Shown: positions 38,639 through 49,076, counted from the first letter of the stretch. The stretch is DNA of 64,000 nucleotides from a virus (IMGVR_UViG_3300028591_000078:174366-238365), one strand, 5' to 3'. Notes: generated by a model from the sequence alone, not told the origin. Numbers and translations are program-made.

Positions 38639-39020
38639 TAATGAGTCTAAAAGATTTATTTGGAAGTGATTCCAAATCCATAAAACGGTTGTTGTCTTAT
38701 AAAACAATAAGCAGTAAGAACGATTAAGGAAAAGGTTGACTGCTGTAATCTGTATAAAAGTTTCTACGATATGGATAGTTTAAATTCTGCAACATTTTGA
38801 AGACCAAAGAGAGATTTTATCTTACATATCTAAATTCACGTTGTACAGGCAACTTCTTAATCAAGACCAAAACAACTATCACTTGGGTTGTGGTCCATAA
38901 AAACAAAGCGACAATATTCAATAACCGATAACTCAATCAAATCAATATATTGTATTTCGGTAATCTTTTAAACTCATTACGTTATCTAAGAGTCTCCAGT
39001 AGCATCATAGCTACTGGAGA
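38639..39020 (+). ncRNA. Candidate structured non-coding RNA (~340 nt plus terminator)
   Basis: Late promoter 38629-38640; 38639-38656 pairs 17/18 with 38962-38979; inner helices; terminator 38993-39020; no long ORF. Confidence 0.55.
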
Positions 39021-39139
39021 TTTCTTCTATGATACCAAGGTTATATTTGACAAATGGTTAAACTTTATAATGAGTATATATTATTGAGATGAAGAGAAGC
39101 AGTGCTTCTCTATCTTAAATATTCAAAGGAGGATTTACT

Positions 39140-39535
39140 ATGAGTAAATCACCATATAAGATGTCAGTGCTCTTATTAGAGCACGTACTTGAGGCTGTTA
39201 AGTCTGATTTACTGATTGTGTGTGGATCATACAAAGCAGTTGTAGACGTTTTCATTCCTGAAAACGACAGAGAAGAAATATTTCTGATAGTAGATGACAT
39301 CGATAGTGAAGATGTAATGACTACTGGAGAAATGGTCAATAAACTTAAGACCATTAAATCTGACTACAGTGTATCACTCGCAAAAGAGAACCCTGATGAT
39401 AAGGGCGAACTCTATAAACTCTGTGACCTTGCTCAGACCATTATGCTTCTTGAGGGAACAGATAAAGATGATAAACCTGTAATACGTGTAGGCCTTATGG
39501 CAATGCCGAATCATAATGGAGGATTAAAGATATGA
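39140..39535 (+). CDS. Hypothetical early protein
   Basis: AGGAGG RBS; early motif at 39075. Confidence 0.6.
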   Translation: MSKSPYKMSVLLLEHVLEAVKSDLLIVCGSYKAVVDVFIPENDREEIFLIVDDIDSEDVMTTGEMVNKLKTIKSDYSVSLAKENPDDKGELYKLCDLAQTIMLLEGTDKDDKPVIRVGLMAMPNHNGGLKI

Positions 39536-39933
39536 ATAGAATGATAAGAATGACAAACCAGAACCTGATTGATGAACTTGAAAAGGTTTCAGATAAAACT
39601 AAGAAGGTTCTTGTAAGAGACTATGATGACGATAAAGCTGCTATTAGAGGTGTAAGACCTGAAACTGATGAACATGAAGATATTAATATGGTACTTCAGA
39701 TCACAAAGTTTATTCCATATATAAACTTTGAGAAAGACTTTGATAGGGATGCATATACCTTATCTTGCGAACAGCTTATTCAGCATCTTAAGCAGTTTGA
39801 TAGAGAGCTTTTCACCATAATTGGTATAGATGTTGGTGGATACTATATTCAGTCTGTTACAGAAGATGATAAGCATGTAATTATCTCTTCTAAGATAGAA
39901 GAAAATAATGAAGAAGGAGAATCTAATGGTTGA
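39532..39933 (+). CDS. Hypothetical protein
   Basis: GGAGG RBS; ATGA overlap with upstream stop. Confidence 0.6.
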   Translation: MNRMIRMTNQNLIDELEKVSDKTKKVLVRDYDDDKAAIRGVRPETDEHEDINMVLQITKFIPYINFEKDFDRDAYTLSCEQLIQHLKQFDRELFTIIGIDVGGYYIQSVTEDDKHVIISSKIEENNEEGESNG

Positions 39934-40546
39934 TGAAGGTAAAAGAAGTCTACAAGCTGCTGTAGTTCAGCAGCCTGTAGCAACAAAGGCAGAATCTATT
40001 AATCCCTTTGTACACATGACCGAAGAAGAGGTCGAGGAAAGAAACAAGGTCATGATTCCTGCACAGGATCAGCTGATCGAAGAAGTAAAGTCTAGACCTG
40101 CAATGGTGACAGATGCAGGTACAGAAACGGAGAAAAAGAAAGATGCAGAGGAAAAATACTACATCATTCTCTTCGTGTTCGCAGACAATGAAGGCGATGC
40201 AAACTGGTGGCAGAAAGTTCTTGGTAGAAAAGCTGCCTATGAACGCATCAAAGACAATATAGATGGATGTGATATATATTCATCATTTGTCTTAGTAGAA
40301 GGTATAGCTATAGAAAAAGCTGTAACTGTCTATGAGTTTATGAAGTATTGTCAGGATAATGATTTCTTTGAAAAAGACTCTAGCTTCGATATCGAAGACT
40401 ATAATGTCGGTTACGAAGAAAGTTCTAACAAGACTGAAGATGGTATTCTGCCGACTCTTATTGAGCAGACAGAAGACTCCACTAATGAAAGACCAAAAGT
40501 AGTCAATCCATTTACCCATATAGGTATGGAAGAAAAAGATGTTTAA
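39926..40546 (+). CDS. Acidic hypothetical protein with two NPFxH motifs
   Basis: Start MVDEG after AAGGAG. Confidence 0.6.
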   Translation: MVDEGKRSLQAAVVQQPVATKAESINPFVHMTEEEVEERNKVMIPAQDQLIEEVKSRPAMVTDAGTETEKKKDAEEKYYIILFVFADNEGDANWWQKVLGRKAAYERIKDNIDGCDIYSSFVLVEGIAIEKAVTVYEFMKYCQDNDFFEKDSSFDIEDYNVGYEESSNKTEDGILPTLIEQTEDSTNERPKVVNPFTHIGMEEKDV

Positions 40547-40562
40547 GAAAGGATGATACACC

Positions 40563-41012
40563 ATGGGACAGAAAAATGGTGGCAAGAAGAGAAAGAATTG
40601 GTTTGAACAGCAGATCGAAAGATATGGTTCAGACTTCATTCATTCTATCAGAGCTGATGAAGCTCAGAAAGGCGCTGTTAAGGTATTCGGAGATCTCGCC
40701 AGAGGTAATATAAATATATCTACTGAAGGTGGATACTTCCTTGATCCTCAGTTCCTTGATAATTGTATTATAGCAGCTAATTCTAAACAGGTGTTTTATA
40801 AGTATCTCTACGAAGGTCTTAATGCCTCTGTAAGAGAGAATCCTAACACTGCTAACGATCAGAGCTTCCAGGCTGTATATAGAAATATATCTAACAGTCT
40901 GAGCGCATTCTCTTATATCTATCAGGCATTACACGGGATTAAAGATACTGGAAATCTTCAGTACCTCTATACTCTTGTAAGTCAGCTTGCTCCCTATAAG
41001 TACGTAATCTGA
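40563..41012 (+). CDS. Hypothetical protein
   Basis: ORF with RBS within operon. Confidence 0.6.
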   Translation: MGQKNGGKKRKNWFEQQIERYGSDFIHSIRADEAQKGAVKVFGDLARGNINISTEGGYFLDPQFLDNCIIAANSKQVFYKYLYEGLNASVRENPNTANDQSFQAVYRNISNSLSAFSYIYQALHGIKDTGNLQYLYTLVSQLAPYKYVI

Positions 41013-41016
41013 GCAA

Positions 41017-41403
41017 ATGCAAAAAATGAAGCTAAAAGTGACTTCACATCTTAATAAGAGGCGGAAGCGCTTAGGCTTTAATAAGCAAGGATTTAAATCT
41101 TTCCTGGAGAAGGCCTGGTATAAAGGCCTTCGACTGAAAGATTTGAAAAGTAAACCCGACCTCTATAAGTATATGAAGAGATTAATCAGACCTGGGTATT
41201 ATCCAATACTTTATGACAAGTTTTGTATTGTAGTATCGGAGCATACACACTACGGTATAACTGTTTTAAAGCTTAATCCCAAGTACTGTATTATGCTACA
41301 ACAAATCTTAGGAGGAAAGCCTGATGGAAAAAGACATAGTAATCGCTCTCAGGAAGAAGCTGAAGATGGGGAAGAATCGCCCCCTTATTATACGAAGCGA
41401 TGA
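41017..41403 (+). CDS. Basic hypothetical protein
   Basis: K/R-rich ORF within operon. Confidence 0.5.
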   Translation: MQKMKLKVTSHLNKRRKRLGFNKQGFKSFLEKAWYKGLRLKDLKSKPDLYKYMKRLIRPGYYPILYDKFCIVVSEHTHYGITVLKLNPKYCIMLQQILGGKPDGKRHSNRSQEEAEDGEESPPYYTKR

Positions 41404-42244
41404 AAACTACATGATAGATGAGAGAACTAATCTTGTCATGTGGGATGATGCTAATTCTATATTATACTCTGCTGGTGCAAATCAGAACAGAGAAACTAAT
41501 GTATCAGAACCTGCTACAATGATTGCCATCTCTTATGATAATATCGTAAAGATGGAAAGCACTTATGGTTCTGAGGACTTTAAAACACTGCTTGATAGTT
41601 TTGTATCTGATGGTAAGACCAATGCAGAGTCAGTAGAAAGAATGATGGACATGCTCTTCAACCTTACAGATATGAATACTTATGTAGCAGCTAAGGATAG
41701 AAATCCTGACATCCTTAAGAAGGTGGACGTGGCTACTGGTCATTACTCTAATGAGAAGGCTACACCATATATACCGCCTGAGGAAAATACTTTGGAGGTG
41801 AATCCGGTGATAACAGATATGTCATCTCTTACCAATCTTGATGAACTGTATAGCGAAAAGCTTGCTGCTCATCAGGCACAGGTTAAGAACACACTGAAAG
41901 ATCCTGTACATCCTGTAGAGCCTGAAAAGACTTATGAGGATAGAAGAACTCCTAAAACAGAACCTACTACAACAGAAGATACTGGTGCAGGTGCTGGAAC
42001 TGTAAGTGGTGGAGGTACAGACCTTGATGATACTACATCCGATACTGGTGCTGGAACAGGTACAGTAGATGGTGGTGGTACAGATCTTGATGACCTTGAT
42101 GATACTACATCTGATGCTGGTGCAGGTACTGGAACTGTAAGTGGTGATGGAGCAGATCTTGATGATCTGGATGATACCACTGAAGGTAGTACTACAATAT
42201 CAGGTACTGGTGATGGAGTTATCGACTCTGATGAAGATAACTAA
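41324..42244 (+). CDS. Hypothetical protein with acidic Gly/Thr/Asp repeat tail
   Basis: AGGAGG RBS; DTGAGTGTV.GGGTDLDD repeats. Confidence 0.65.
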   Translation: MEKDIVIALRKKLKMGKNRPLIIRSDENYMIDERTNLVMWDDANSILYSAGANQNRETNVSEPATMIAISYDNIVKMESTYGSEDFKTLLDSFVSDGKTNAESVERMMDMLFNLTDMNTYVAAKDRNPDILKKVDVATGHYSNEKATPYIPPEENTLEVNPVITDMSSLTNLDELYSEKLAAHQAQVKNTLKDPVHPVEPEKTYEDRRTPKTEPTTTEDTGAGAGTVSGGGTDLDDTTSDTGAGTGTVDGGGTDLDDLDDTTSDAGAGTGTVSGDGADLDDLDDTTEGSTTISGTGDGVIDSDEDN

Positions 42245-42413
42245 TTCACTTACCTAAACACATTAAAACTCATGCGATTATGCATGAGTTTTAATACCCC
42301 GATTTGCAATTAAAAATAATTGCAAAATATTATAAGTTAAACATACTTATAATCATATACTATAAGTATGGTTAAAAGACCAATAATATTAATCCAATAG
42401 GAGGAAACGAACC

Positions 42414-43355
42414 ATGTATAACAACAACTTTTATCAGCAGCCCTTTGGTGGCAACCAGTATTACAGTATGCAGCCTACTCAGCAGCAGCCTGTAACTCTG
42501 AGCAATCCGCTTACTAAGGAGCAGCTGGAACTTCTCAAGAAGAGAACTGATAAGCTTTCGCTTGTAGTAACTCCTCTTGAGGTAGCAAAAGCAATTTGCA
42601 CCCACAAGCAGGGTAACTCGATCTGCCTCTACAACGAAGATCCTGCTAACCCTGAAAGGGTAACTTGCTCGATCTGCGGTGAAACCTTTGATCTTACCAA
42701 TGGTGATCAGGCAGCCGTAGAAGGTGCAGTAGAACTCATCACAAACATAATCCAGACCATCAAGACATATTGGCTCGATGTTCCGGACGATGTAGCAAGA
42801 GAACTCTTCACCATACTTCCCCTTATACAGAGACTTCCGAAAGTCTATGCACTGGCTACAAAGAACTTCAACTCTGTACAGGATATGCACAGAATGTCTG
42901 AAGTTAATCAGCCCTATGGATTTGGTATGCTCGGCAATATCATGAATCCTATGGTAGGTATGGGATATGGTGCTTATGGATATCCTCAGCAGGGTATGGT
43001 ACAGCAGAATCCTTATTATGGACAGCCTGCTTTCCCGAACCCGATAGGTTATCCTCAGCAGGGGTTTGTTCCTCAGCCTAATGGCTATGCGATGAATCCT
43101 GTTATGATGCCTCAGCAGCCTGTTCAGGCTCCTATGTATGATCCTGCAGCTGCAGGTGTAAATCCGTTTGGATATAATGTGCCTACAGCTCCTCAGCAGA
43201 CTCCGTACAATGTACAGCCTCAGCAGCCTGTAGCACCTGTAGCTCAGCCGGCTCCGGCTCCTCAGGCAGCTCCTACAGCTCATCCGCCTCTGAATGCTCA
43301 GGGTGTTCCTGCACCTGCAGCTGATGCGGTAAATGAGAAGATGTTCAACGTATAA
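42414..43355 (+). CDS. Zn-finger protein with Q/P/Y/G-rich low-complexity tail
   Basis: CTHK...TCSICG; PQQG/YGY repeats; AGGAGG RBS. Confidence 0.7.
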   Translation: MYNNNFYQQPFGGNQYYSMQPTQQQPVTLSNPLTKEQLELLKKRTDKLSLVVTPLEVAKAICTHKQGNSICLYNEDPANPERVTCSICGETFDLTNGDQAAVEGAVELITNIIQTIKTYWLDVPDDVARELFTILPLIQRLPKVYALATKNFNSVQDMHRMSEVNQPYGFGMLGNIMNPMVGMGYGAYGYPQQGMVQQNPYYGQPAFPNPIGYPQQGFVPQPNGYAMNPVMMPQQPVQAPMYDPAAAGVNPFGYNVPTAPQQTPYNVQPQQPVAPVAQPAPAPQAAPTAHPPLNAQGVPAPAADAVNEKMFNV

Positions 43356-43497
43356 TCGCATAGATAAGAATAAAGAGATGGGTTCGCCCATCTCTTTATC
43401 TTTTATCAAATACAACTAAATTTTATCTCACCAGATAACTGAAAATGAATAGCCACAGGAATGGCAACTTTACAGTAATCGAAAGGAGTGGATATGC

Positions 43498-45039
43498 GTG
43501 TCTAGGAAGACAGACATAACAAATACAACACTAGAGGAAGAGATAAAAAATTATGGAAACTCTATAGTTTCTATAGATGACCCTGTCCAAGCAGTGCGTC
43601 AAATAGCAGATGTCTATATTGGGGCACTTGGAAACCCCGCCTTTTTGACTATGACTAGAGAGATCATTCAGAACTCATTTGATGAAGATATGAAAGGTTT
43701 TTCTAGTAGTAGAAACGTTTATGTATGGTTTGATGAACGTGATCTGAGAGTTACTGTCCAAGATTCTGGTCGAGGAATTCCTGAAGGAATGATCGATACA
43801 TTATTTGGAAAACTTCACTCGTCCTCAAATTATAATAAAAAGCCAGGTGAGTATTCTGCAGGTAAGAATGGTCAAGGTGGTAGCTTAGTTAATATGCTGT
43901 CACATACATTTACTGTAGATACATTTGTTCTTGGGAAAGGAAGACATGCTGAGTTTATTGAAGGACATATGTGGAAGAAGGGAGAAGTTCCTATTCCTAA
44001 TTCTGAAGGTAAACAAGGTACAATTATAAGCTTCGTACCTAACCAGGATGTTATAGGTCAGTTGACTATAACTTGGTTAGATGTATATAAACTTATAGAA
44101 GTCATTATGCCTGCAACCAGAATAGGTCTGAATATATTTATGGAGTTCATTGATAAGAATGGTAAACTTCATAAAGAATCTTTGACTAATACTGATGGTA
44201 TAATGCATCACTTGTATAATATGACTCAGTCTCCTCTCATTAAGCCAATCTTAATGAGCGCTGATACTGGATATTTCAAGGCAGATATAGCATTGACTTA
44301 TGATAGTACAATGACTTTTACAGATGAAGAAATTATAGGATTATGTAATACATGTCCTACTGTAGGAGGATCTCATATAGAAGGTCTTCTTAATGGTGTA
44401 TGTAACTTCTTCCGTAAGTATATGAATAATATATTCCTTGCTGGACAGAAGTCTAAGAAACCTCTCACTGTAATGAATTCTGATATAAAGGCTGGACTCA
44501 AAGCAAGTATATCAGCATTCTGTCTTAAAGCGTCTTATACAGGTCAGTCAAAAGAAGTTCTCTATGTTCCTGAAATGGTGCCTTTCGTATCAGGATTGGT
44601 TACTAAAGAACTTGATAACTGGGCTAAGACTAATCCGAACGACTTAAAGAAACTCTGTCAGTATTTCAAAGATATTGCAGAGGTTAGAAGTAAGTCTGAA
44701 GAAGGTAGAGTAAAACTCTCTACTAAGTATGCTACTAGTGTAATTGGTGGATTACCTAAGAAGTATGTAAAACCGAATGGTAAAAAGAATCTTGAACTCT
44801 TTATAGTTGAGGGAGATTCAGCTCTTGGTCCTGCCAGATTAGGTAGAGATCCTGAGAGGCAAGGTATATTCCCTATAAGAGGAAAAATATCTAATGCTAT
44901 AACAACTCCAAGAGATAAGTTCTTACAGAATGAAGAAGTAAGTGCTATTCTTAATATCTTGGATGCTGGATATGGTAGATCTTTTGATATCAATAAATGT
45001 AAGTTTGAAAAGGTAGTAATGATGTGTGATGCAGACCCT
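43498..45039 (+). CDS. gyrB: DNA gyrase/topoisomerase II subunit B, exon 1
   Basis: REIIQNSFDE, DSGRGIP, EGDSA, PIRGK; ends MCDADP. Confidence 0.9.
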
Positions 45040-45340
45040 AGACCGTTGGGGCTTCGGGGAGCGATCCTCGTTGAAAAATCTCTTTAACTGCTGGAAGTGT
45101 CTAATGCTTGATTGACTACAACATAGCTTGAAAAGGCAAGTGTGAATGTGACGAAAGTCGGAAAGAACTAATCAAGATAGTATATGAGGATAGTAACTCT
45201 AAGTACTTTATAATGTACTGATCAGCAGCCAAGATCCGCTAAGGATAAGGTTCAACGACTAGTTGAAAAACGTAGGGCCGAAAGGTTCGAAATGGGAGAC
45301 ATCTCTATGAGATGATGATATAGTCTAACCAACAATGTTG
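45040..45340 (+). ncRNA. Group I self-splicing intron, no homing endonuclease
   Basis: P aactgctggaa, Q atcagcagccaag, R gttcaacgactag, S gatatagtct; 5' exon ends in U; omega-G at 45340; splicing restores DADP-DGNHIR. Confidence 0.9.
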
Positions 45341-46141
45341 GACGGCAATCACATTAGATCATTACTTCTCCGCTTATTCTTGCTTTATTGTGAACCATTA
45401 GTAGCCTCTGGAAGATTATATGGAGCAGTTCCGCCTCTGTATAATATGACTAAGAATGGTAAGAATGTATACTTCACTGATATGAAGGACTACATCGATT
45501 ATGTACAGAAAGAGTTCATGAAGAACAATGTAATCTGTGATGTAAATGGAAAGCAGTTACCTTATGCACAGCTTTCTAGAGTACTCAGAGATAATATGTA
45601 TTATGTAGAAACTCTGGAGAATACTGCAACAACCTTTGCAATAGATCCTGTTCTCTTAGAGATCGTCCTTATTAATAAGGATATGCCTTTCAATAAGTTT
45701 AAAGCTTATATTGAAAAGCTCTATAGATTTGTAACTGTATCTAAGAATGGTAATACAGTTATCATATCTGGTATAGTAAATGGTCTTATGGATAATATCT
45801 TCCTTGATGATCGTTTACTTAGTTTCTGTGGATCTATACTGCAGGCTATCAAACATTCGCCAAACTACTTTATTATGAATGGGCAGATGGTTTCTTTGTA
45901 TGGATTGCTTAAAGCATTTGATACTACAAAGCCTCCTCATATAGAACGTAATAAAGGTCTTGGTGAGATGGACCCTGACCAGTTATCAGAATCAACCCTG
46001 TACCCTGGATCTAATAGAACTCTGATTAGATATACTGTAGAGAATATCAAGAAAGAGATCGAACAGATTAGATTCATTGATGGTAACAGATCCGAACTTC
46101 TGAAGGACGTAAAAGTTACTAAGGAAGATGTGCTTGGATAA
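45341..46141 (+). CDS. gyrB: DNA gyrase/topoisomerase II subunit B, exon 2
   Basis: DGNHIRSLL, PPLY, RNKGLGEM. Confidence 0.9.
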   Translation, partial: DGNHIRSLLLRLFLLYCEPLVASGRLYGAVPPLYNMTKNGKNVYFTDMKDYIDYVQKEFMKNNVICDVNGKQLPYAQLSRVLRDNMYYVETLENTATTFAIDPVLLEIVLINKDMPFNKFKAYIEKLYRFVTVSKNGNTVIISGIVNGLMDNIFLDDRLLSFCGSILQAIKHSPNYFIMNGQMVSLYGLLKAFDTTKPPHIERNKGLGEMDPDQLSESTLYPGSNRTLIRYTVENIKKEIEQIRFIDGNRSELLKDVKVTKEDVLG

Positions 46142-46153
46142 AGGAGAACAACT

Positions 46154-46624
46154 ATGGATGAACAGCAAACAACTGGCTTTTATATTGAATCAAATCCTGT
46201 AACACTTGTAGGTACTGGAGTAGAGGCTACTGATTTCATAGAACAGATTAAAAAGCAGGATGCTACAAATCAGAAGATCTATAATAAGATCAATAAGGTT
46301 AATACTAATCTTACAAAGACTCAGAAACAGCTCAGTGAGACTATTAAACTTATGGAGTCTGCTGGAAATGTCATTCACGATCAGGGTGAGAATATAGAAT
46401 CACTTCTGAATGTGGTTGAAAAGCAGCAGGATAGTTTGACTGAGATCGTTAATCAGATGGCATATATGAAAGAATGTGATAATACACAGCTTCAGGCTAT
46501 CAATGCTATAGATAAAAAGACAGGTAAAGAGTTAGTAAAGCTTTATGGTTTCTCTATCTTTGTAGTAGCATTAAATATTGTTGAATTCTTTCTGGTAGCA
46601 TTTCATATAGGACTGATTAAGTGA
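46154..46624 (+). CDS. Coiled-coil protein with C-terminal TM anchor
   Basis: Heptad-like segment followed by a hydrophobic tail. Confidence 0.6.
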   Translation: MDEQQTTGFYIESNPVTLVGTGVEATDFIEQIKKQDATNQKIYNKINKVNTNLTKTQKQLSETIKLMESAGNVIHDQGENIESLLNVVEKQQDSLTEIVNQMAYMKECDNTQLQAINAIDKKTGKELVKLYGFSIFVVALNIVEFFLVAFHIGLIK

Positions 46625-46742
46625 TAGATATAAACAGGTGGTTTCTACCACCTGTTTTCTTTTTTGTAAATCTTATTATTTTGAGTTGCATATTATAATG
46701 ATGTATTAGGTTAAAGACATTAAATTAAAAGGAGGAATACTT

Positions 46743-47297
46743 ATGGCTTATCCTAATTTAAAAAATGTATACTCATTGATGGCTAAGTTCGATGATTCGC
46801 TCGAAGTTCTTGGTTATCATGATAGAACCGAAAAAGAGAGAATCATGGATTATCTCTACAAAGAAAGTAATTATGATCTCTATACGAATGACACAGAAGA
46901 AGAAATCTGGACTGCTATCGAAGGCTTGTCTGATAATATTAAAAATCAGGCAGAATATGCAAGTAAAATAAGGAATCTTATCGATACCTCAGGACTGCCC
47001 AAATCATCCTGCGAGCATGTAAGGGATAATTTTGAAAAGGCAATCAAATTAGATTGTCCTTATGTAGTAGTAGCATACCTCTGTGGTGAAATAATAGGGG
47101 TGATGGCTCATACTCCCACAAAAGACAAAAGCAGCACTTCTCAGAAGAAAGCAAGGCAGGACGGTATAGGGGCTATATATGATTATATGGAACTTGTACT
47201 TCCTGTAAGCGTATTTGACGAGCTCTTCATGGATAAGAAGGAAGCTCCCTATAAGGTCGAGGATACTAATACTACTGTATCCGAGGAAGAAGAATAA
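46743..47297 (+). CDS. Hypothetical early protein
   Basis: AGGAGG RBS; early motif at 46689. Confidence 0.6.
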   Translation: MAYPNLKNVYSLMAKFDDSLEVLGYHDRTEKERIMDYLYKESNYDLYTNDTEEEIWTAIEGLSDNIKNQAEYASKIRNLIDTSGLPKSSCEHVRDNFEKAIKLDCPYVVVAYLCGEIIGVMAHTPTKDKSSTSQKKARQDGIGAIYDYMELVLPVSVFDELFMDKKEAPYKVEDTNTTVSEEEE

Positions 47298-47354
47298 GCA
47301 ACAATTCAGCATCAGGATAACTCCTGATGCTGATAAATTTTCAGGAGGTAAAAA

Positions 47355-47558
47355 ATGGCTGTTAAAAAATGGAAGATCTACGGACAACTCAACCACGATG
47401 CTCAGAAAGTAGTTACCATAGAGGTAAAGGCAAATGGACGTCGTAAGGCTGAGGAAAAGGGTGAGGATATGATGAAGAAGAAGTTCAAAGCATCCTTCAC
47501 ATCTGTCCTCAAAGTATGCCAGATCGATGATGATGGCAATGAGATAAAGGAGGTCTAA
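47355..47558 (+). CDS. Small basic protein
   Basis: AGGAGG RBS; 67 aa. Confidence 0.55.
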   Translation: MAVKKWKIYGQLNHDAQKVVTIEVKANGRRKAEEKGEDMMKKKFKASFTSVLKVCQIDDDGNEIKEV

Positions 47559-47559
47559 T

Positions 47560-48522
47560 ATGAATATAGCAGTCTTTCACCATACAGATTTCGATGGGTA
47601 TGGTTCAGCGGCTGTTATTTATAACAGCCACTTAATCAAGGAAGATGAATTCAAGTCGATATCATTTATTCCTGTCAACTATAATGATAAACTCGTTAAG
47701 TGCGATAGGATTGATGAATTCGATGAAGATGATGATACTAATATCATCTATATCGTTGATCTGTCACTGACAACTCTTGATAGCCTCAAGGAAGTTCAGA
47801 AGATGATCTCTAAATATAACTGCAAGGTTGTATATATTGATCATCATGTAACCTCTATCGAAGCCTGGAAAGATTATATCAACTATCCTGAACTCAGCGT
47901 TCTGAGAGAAGCAGAAGAGTCAGGACAACTTGAGAAGATACTCGATATAAACAGATCAGGCGCCTGGCTAGCTTATGATCATCTTATCGGTAATGATTAT
48001 CCTGATATAATTACCTATATAGATGACTATGATCGCTGGGTGCACAACTACCCTGAATCAAAGATGGCTAACACGGCATTCTATGCATCCACCAATCTTA
48101 CAGATCCTACTGATGGGGTATGGAGTGATATGCTTGCTGATGATACAGAAACTGAAGGCTTTGTTGAAAAAGGCAGAGCTATTATGGAATATGTAGCATC
48201 TAATAATAAGCGCTACAGAGACTCATATATGTATCAGAGTACTATAACAGATGAGAATGGGAAAACATACCCTTGTGCAGTACTCTCATATAAGACAAAT
48301 TCAGATGTCTTTGGTGCAGCATATGATGAGTATCCGATCGTAGTAGCCTGGGCATTCGATGGTGAAAGGTTCGTATATTCATTATACTCGAACCTCAAAG
48401 ATCCTAATATCAACTGTGCGGCTATAGCCAAAATGTATGGAGGTGGCGGTCATACAGGTGCTGCAGGATTCACATCTGATACTCTCTTATTCAAAGGAAG
48501 TCTGAAGCTTAAGGGGTTTTAA
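47560..48522 (+). CDS. DHH/DHHA1 phosphoesterase (NrnA-like)
   Basis: HHTDFDG, IVDLS, YIDHH, GGGGHTGAAGF. Confidence 0.85.
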   Translation: MNIAVFHHTDFDGYGSAAVIYNSHLIKEDEFKSISFIPVNYNDKLVKCDRIDEFDEDDDTNIIYIVDLSLTTLDSLKEVQKMISKYNCKVVYIDHHVTSIEAWKDYINYPELSVLREAEESGQLEKILDINRSGAWLAYDHLIGNDYPDIITYIDDYDRWVHNYPESKMANTAFYASTNLTDPTDGVWSDMLADDTETEGFVEKGRAIMEYVASNNKRYRDSYMYQSTITDENGKTYPCAVLSYKTNSDVFGAAYDEYPIVVAWAFDGERFVYSLYSNLKDPNINCAAIAKMYGGGGHTGAAGFTSDTLLFKGSLKLKGF

Positions 48523-48605
48523 TTATAACGATGCACATAACTATTCATTAGAACACGTTTGTACGTCGTTTAAATAAATTAATTATATTGTAGGAGGAAT
48601 CTGAG

Positions 48606-49076
48606 ATGGGATTTCAGAAAACAAACAACAATAACGGCAAAAAGTTCGTCAAAAAGGAAAAGCCTAAGACCTTTACAATAACATATCCGATGGATATGTC
48701 TGGGACGCAGGGAGATAGGCAGTATGATACAGAGACTCTTGTAGCACTTCTTAAGAGTGTGCCGTGGGAGAAAATCTCTTTCCCTATCAGCTGCGCTAAG
48801 GATCTGGTCTTTGAAGATCAGAATAAGACTGGCACTACAAATGTCGGCTATGTAAATTCAGTTGAGGCTAAAGAATCTAAAGAGGGTACAGAGGTATATC
48901 TGACTTGTACAATCTTCCCGAAGAATGTACCTTCAATCGAGAAACTTACATGCCCTTATGTATGGCCTAAAGTAAGGACCAATCGTTCTGGTGAAGTAGA
49001 AGTGATTATAAGCTTCGAGATCATGAATGATGATAGTTCTGCTACTTCTTCTACTGAAGAAACACAGAATAACTAA
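48606..49076 (+). CDS. Hypothetical protein
   Basis: AGGAGG RBS; late motif at 48539-48550. Confidence 0.6.
   Translation: MGFQKTNNNNGKKFVKKEKPKTFTITYPMDMSGTQGDRQYDTETLVALLKSVPWEKISFPISCAKDLVFEDQNKTGTTNVGYVNSVEAKESKEGTEVYLTCTIFPKNVPSIEKLTCPYVWPKVRTNRSGEVEVIISFEIMNDDSSATSSTEETQNN

Noticed and set aside
38639-38979. tmRNA, RNase P or tRNA cluster
   Set aside because: No acceptor-stem/T-loop ends or RNase P P4 consensus were recognisable.
42372-43415. 347-aa minus-strand ORF
   Set aside because: Antisense shadow of the low-complexity gene 42414-43355, which has the RBS and promoters.
45335-46141. Independent ORF starting MLDGNH
   Set aside because: The ATG lies inside the intron; this is gyrB exon 2.
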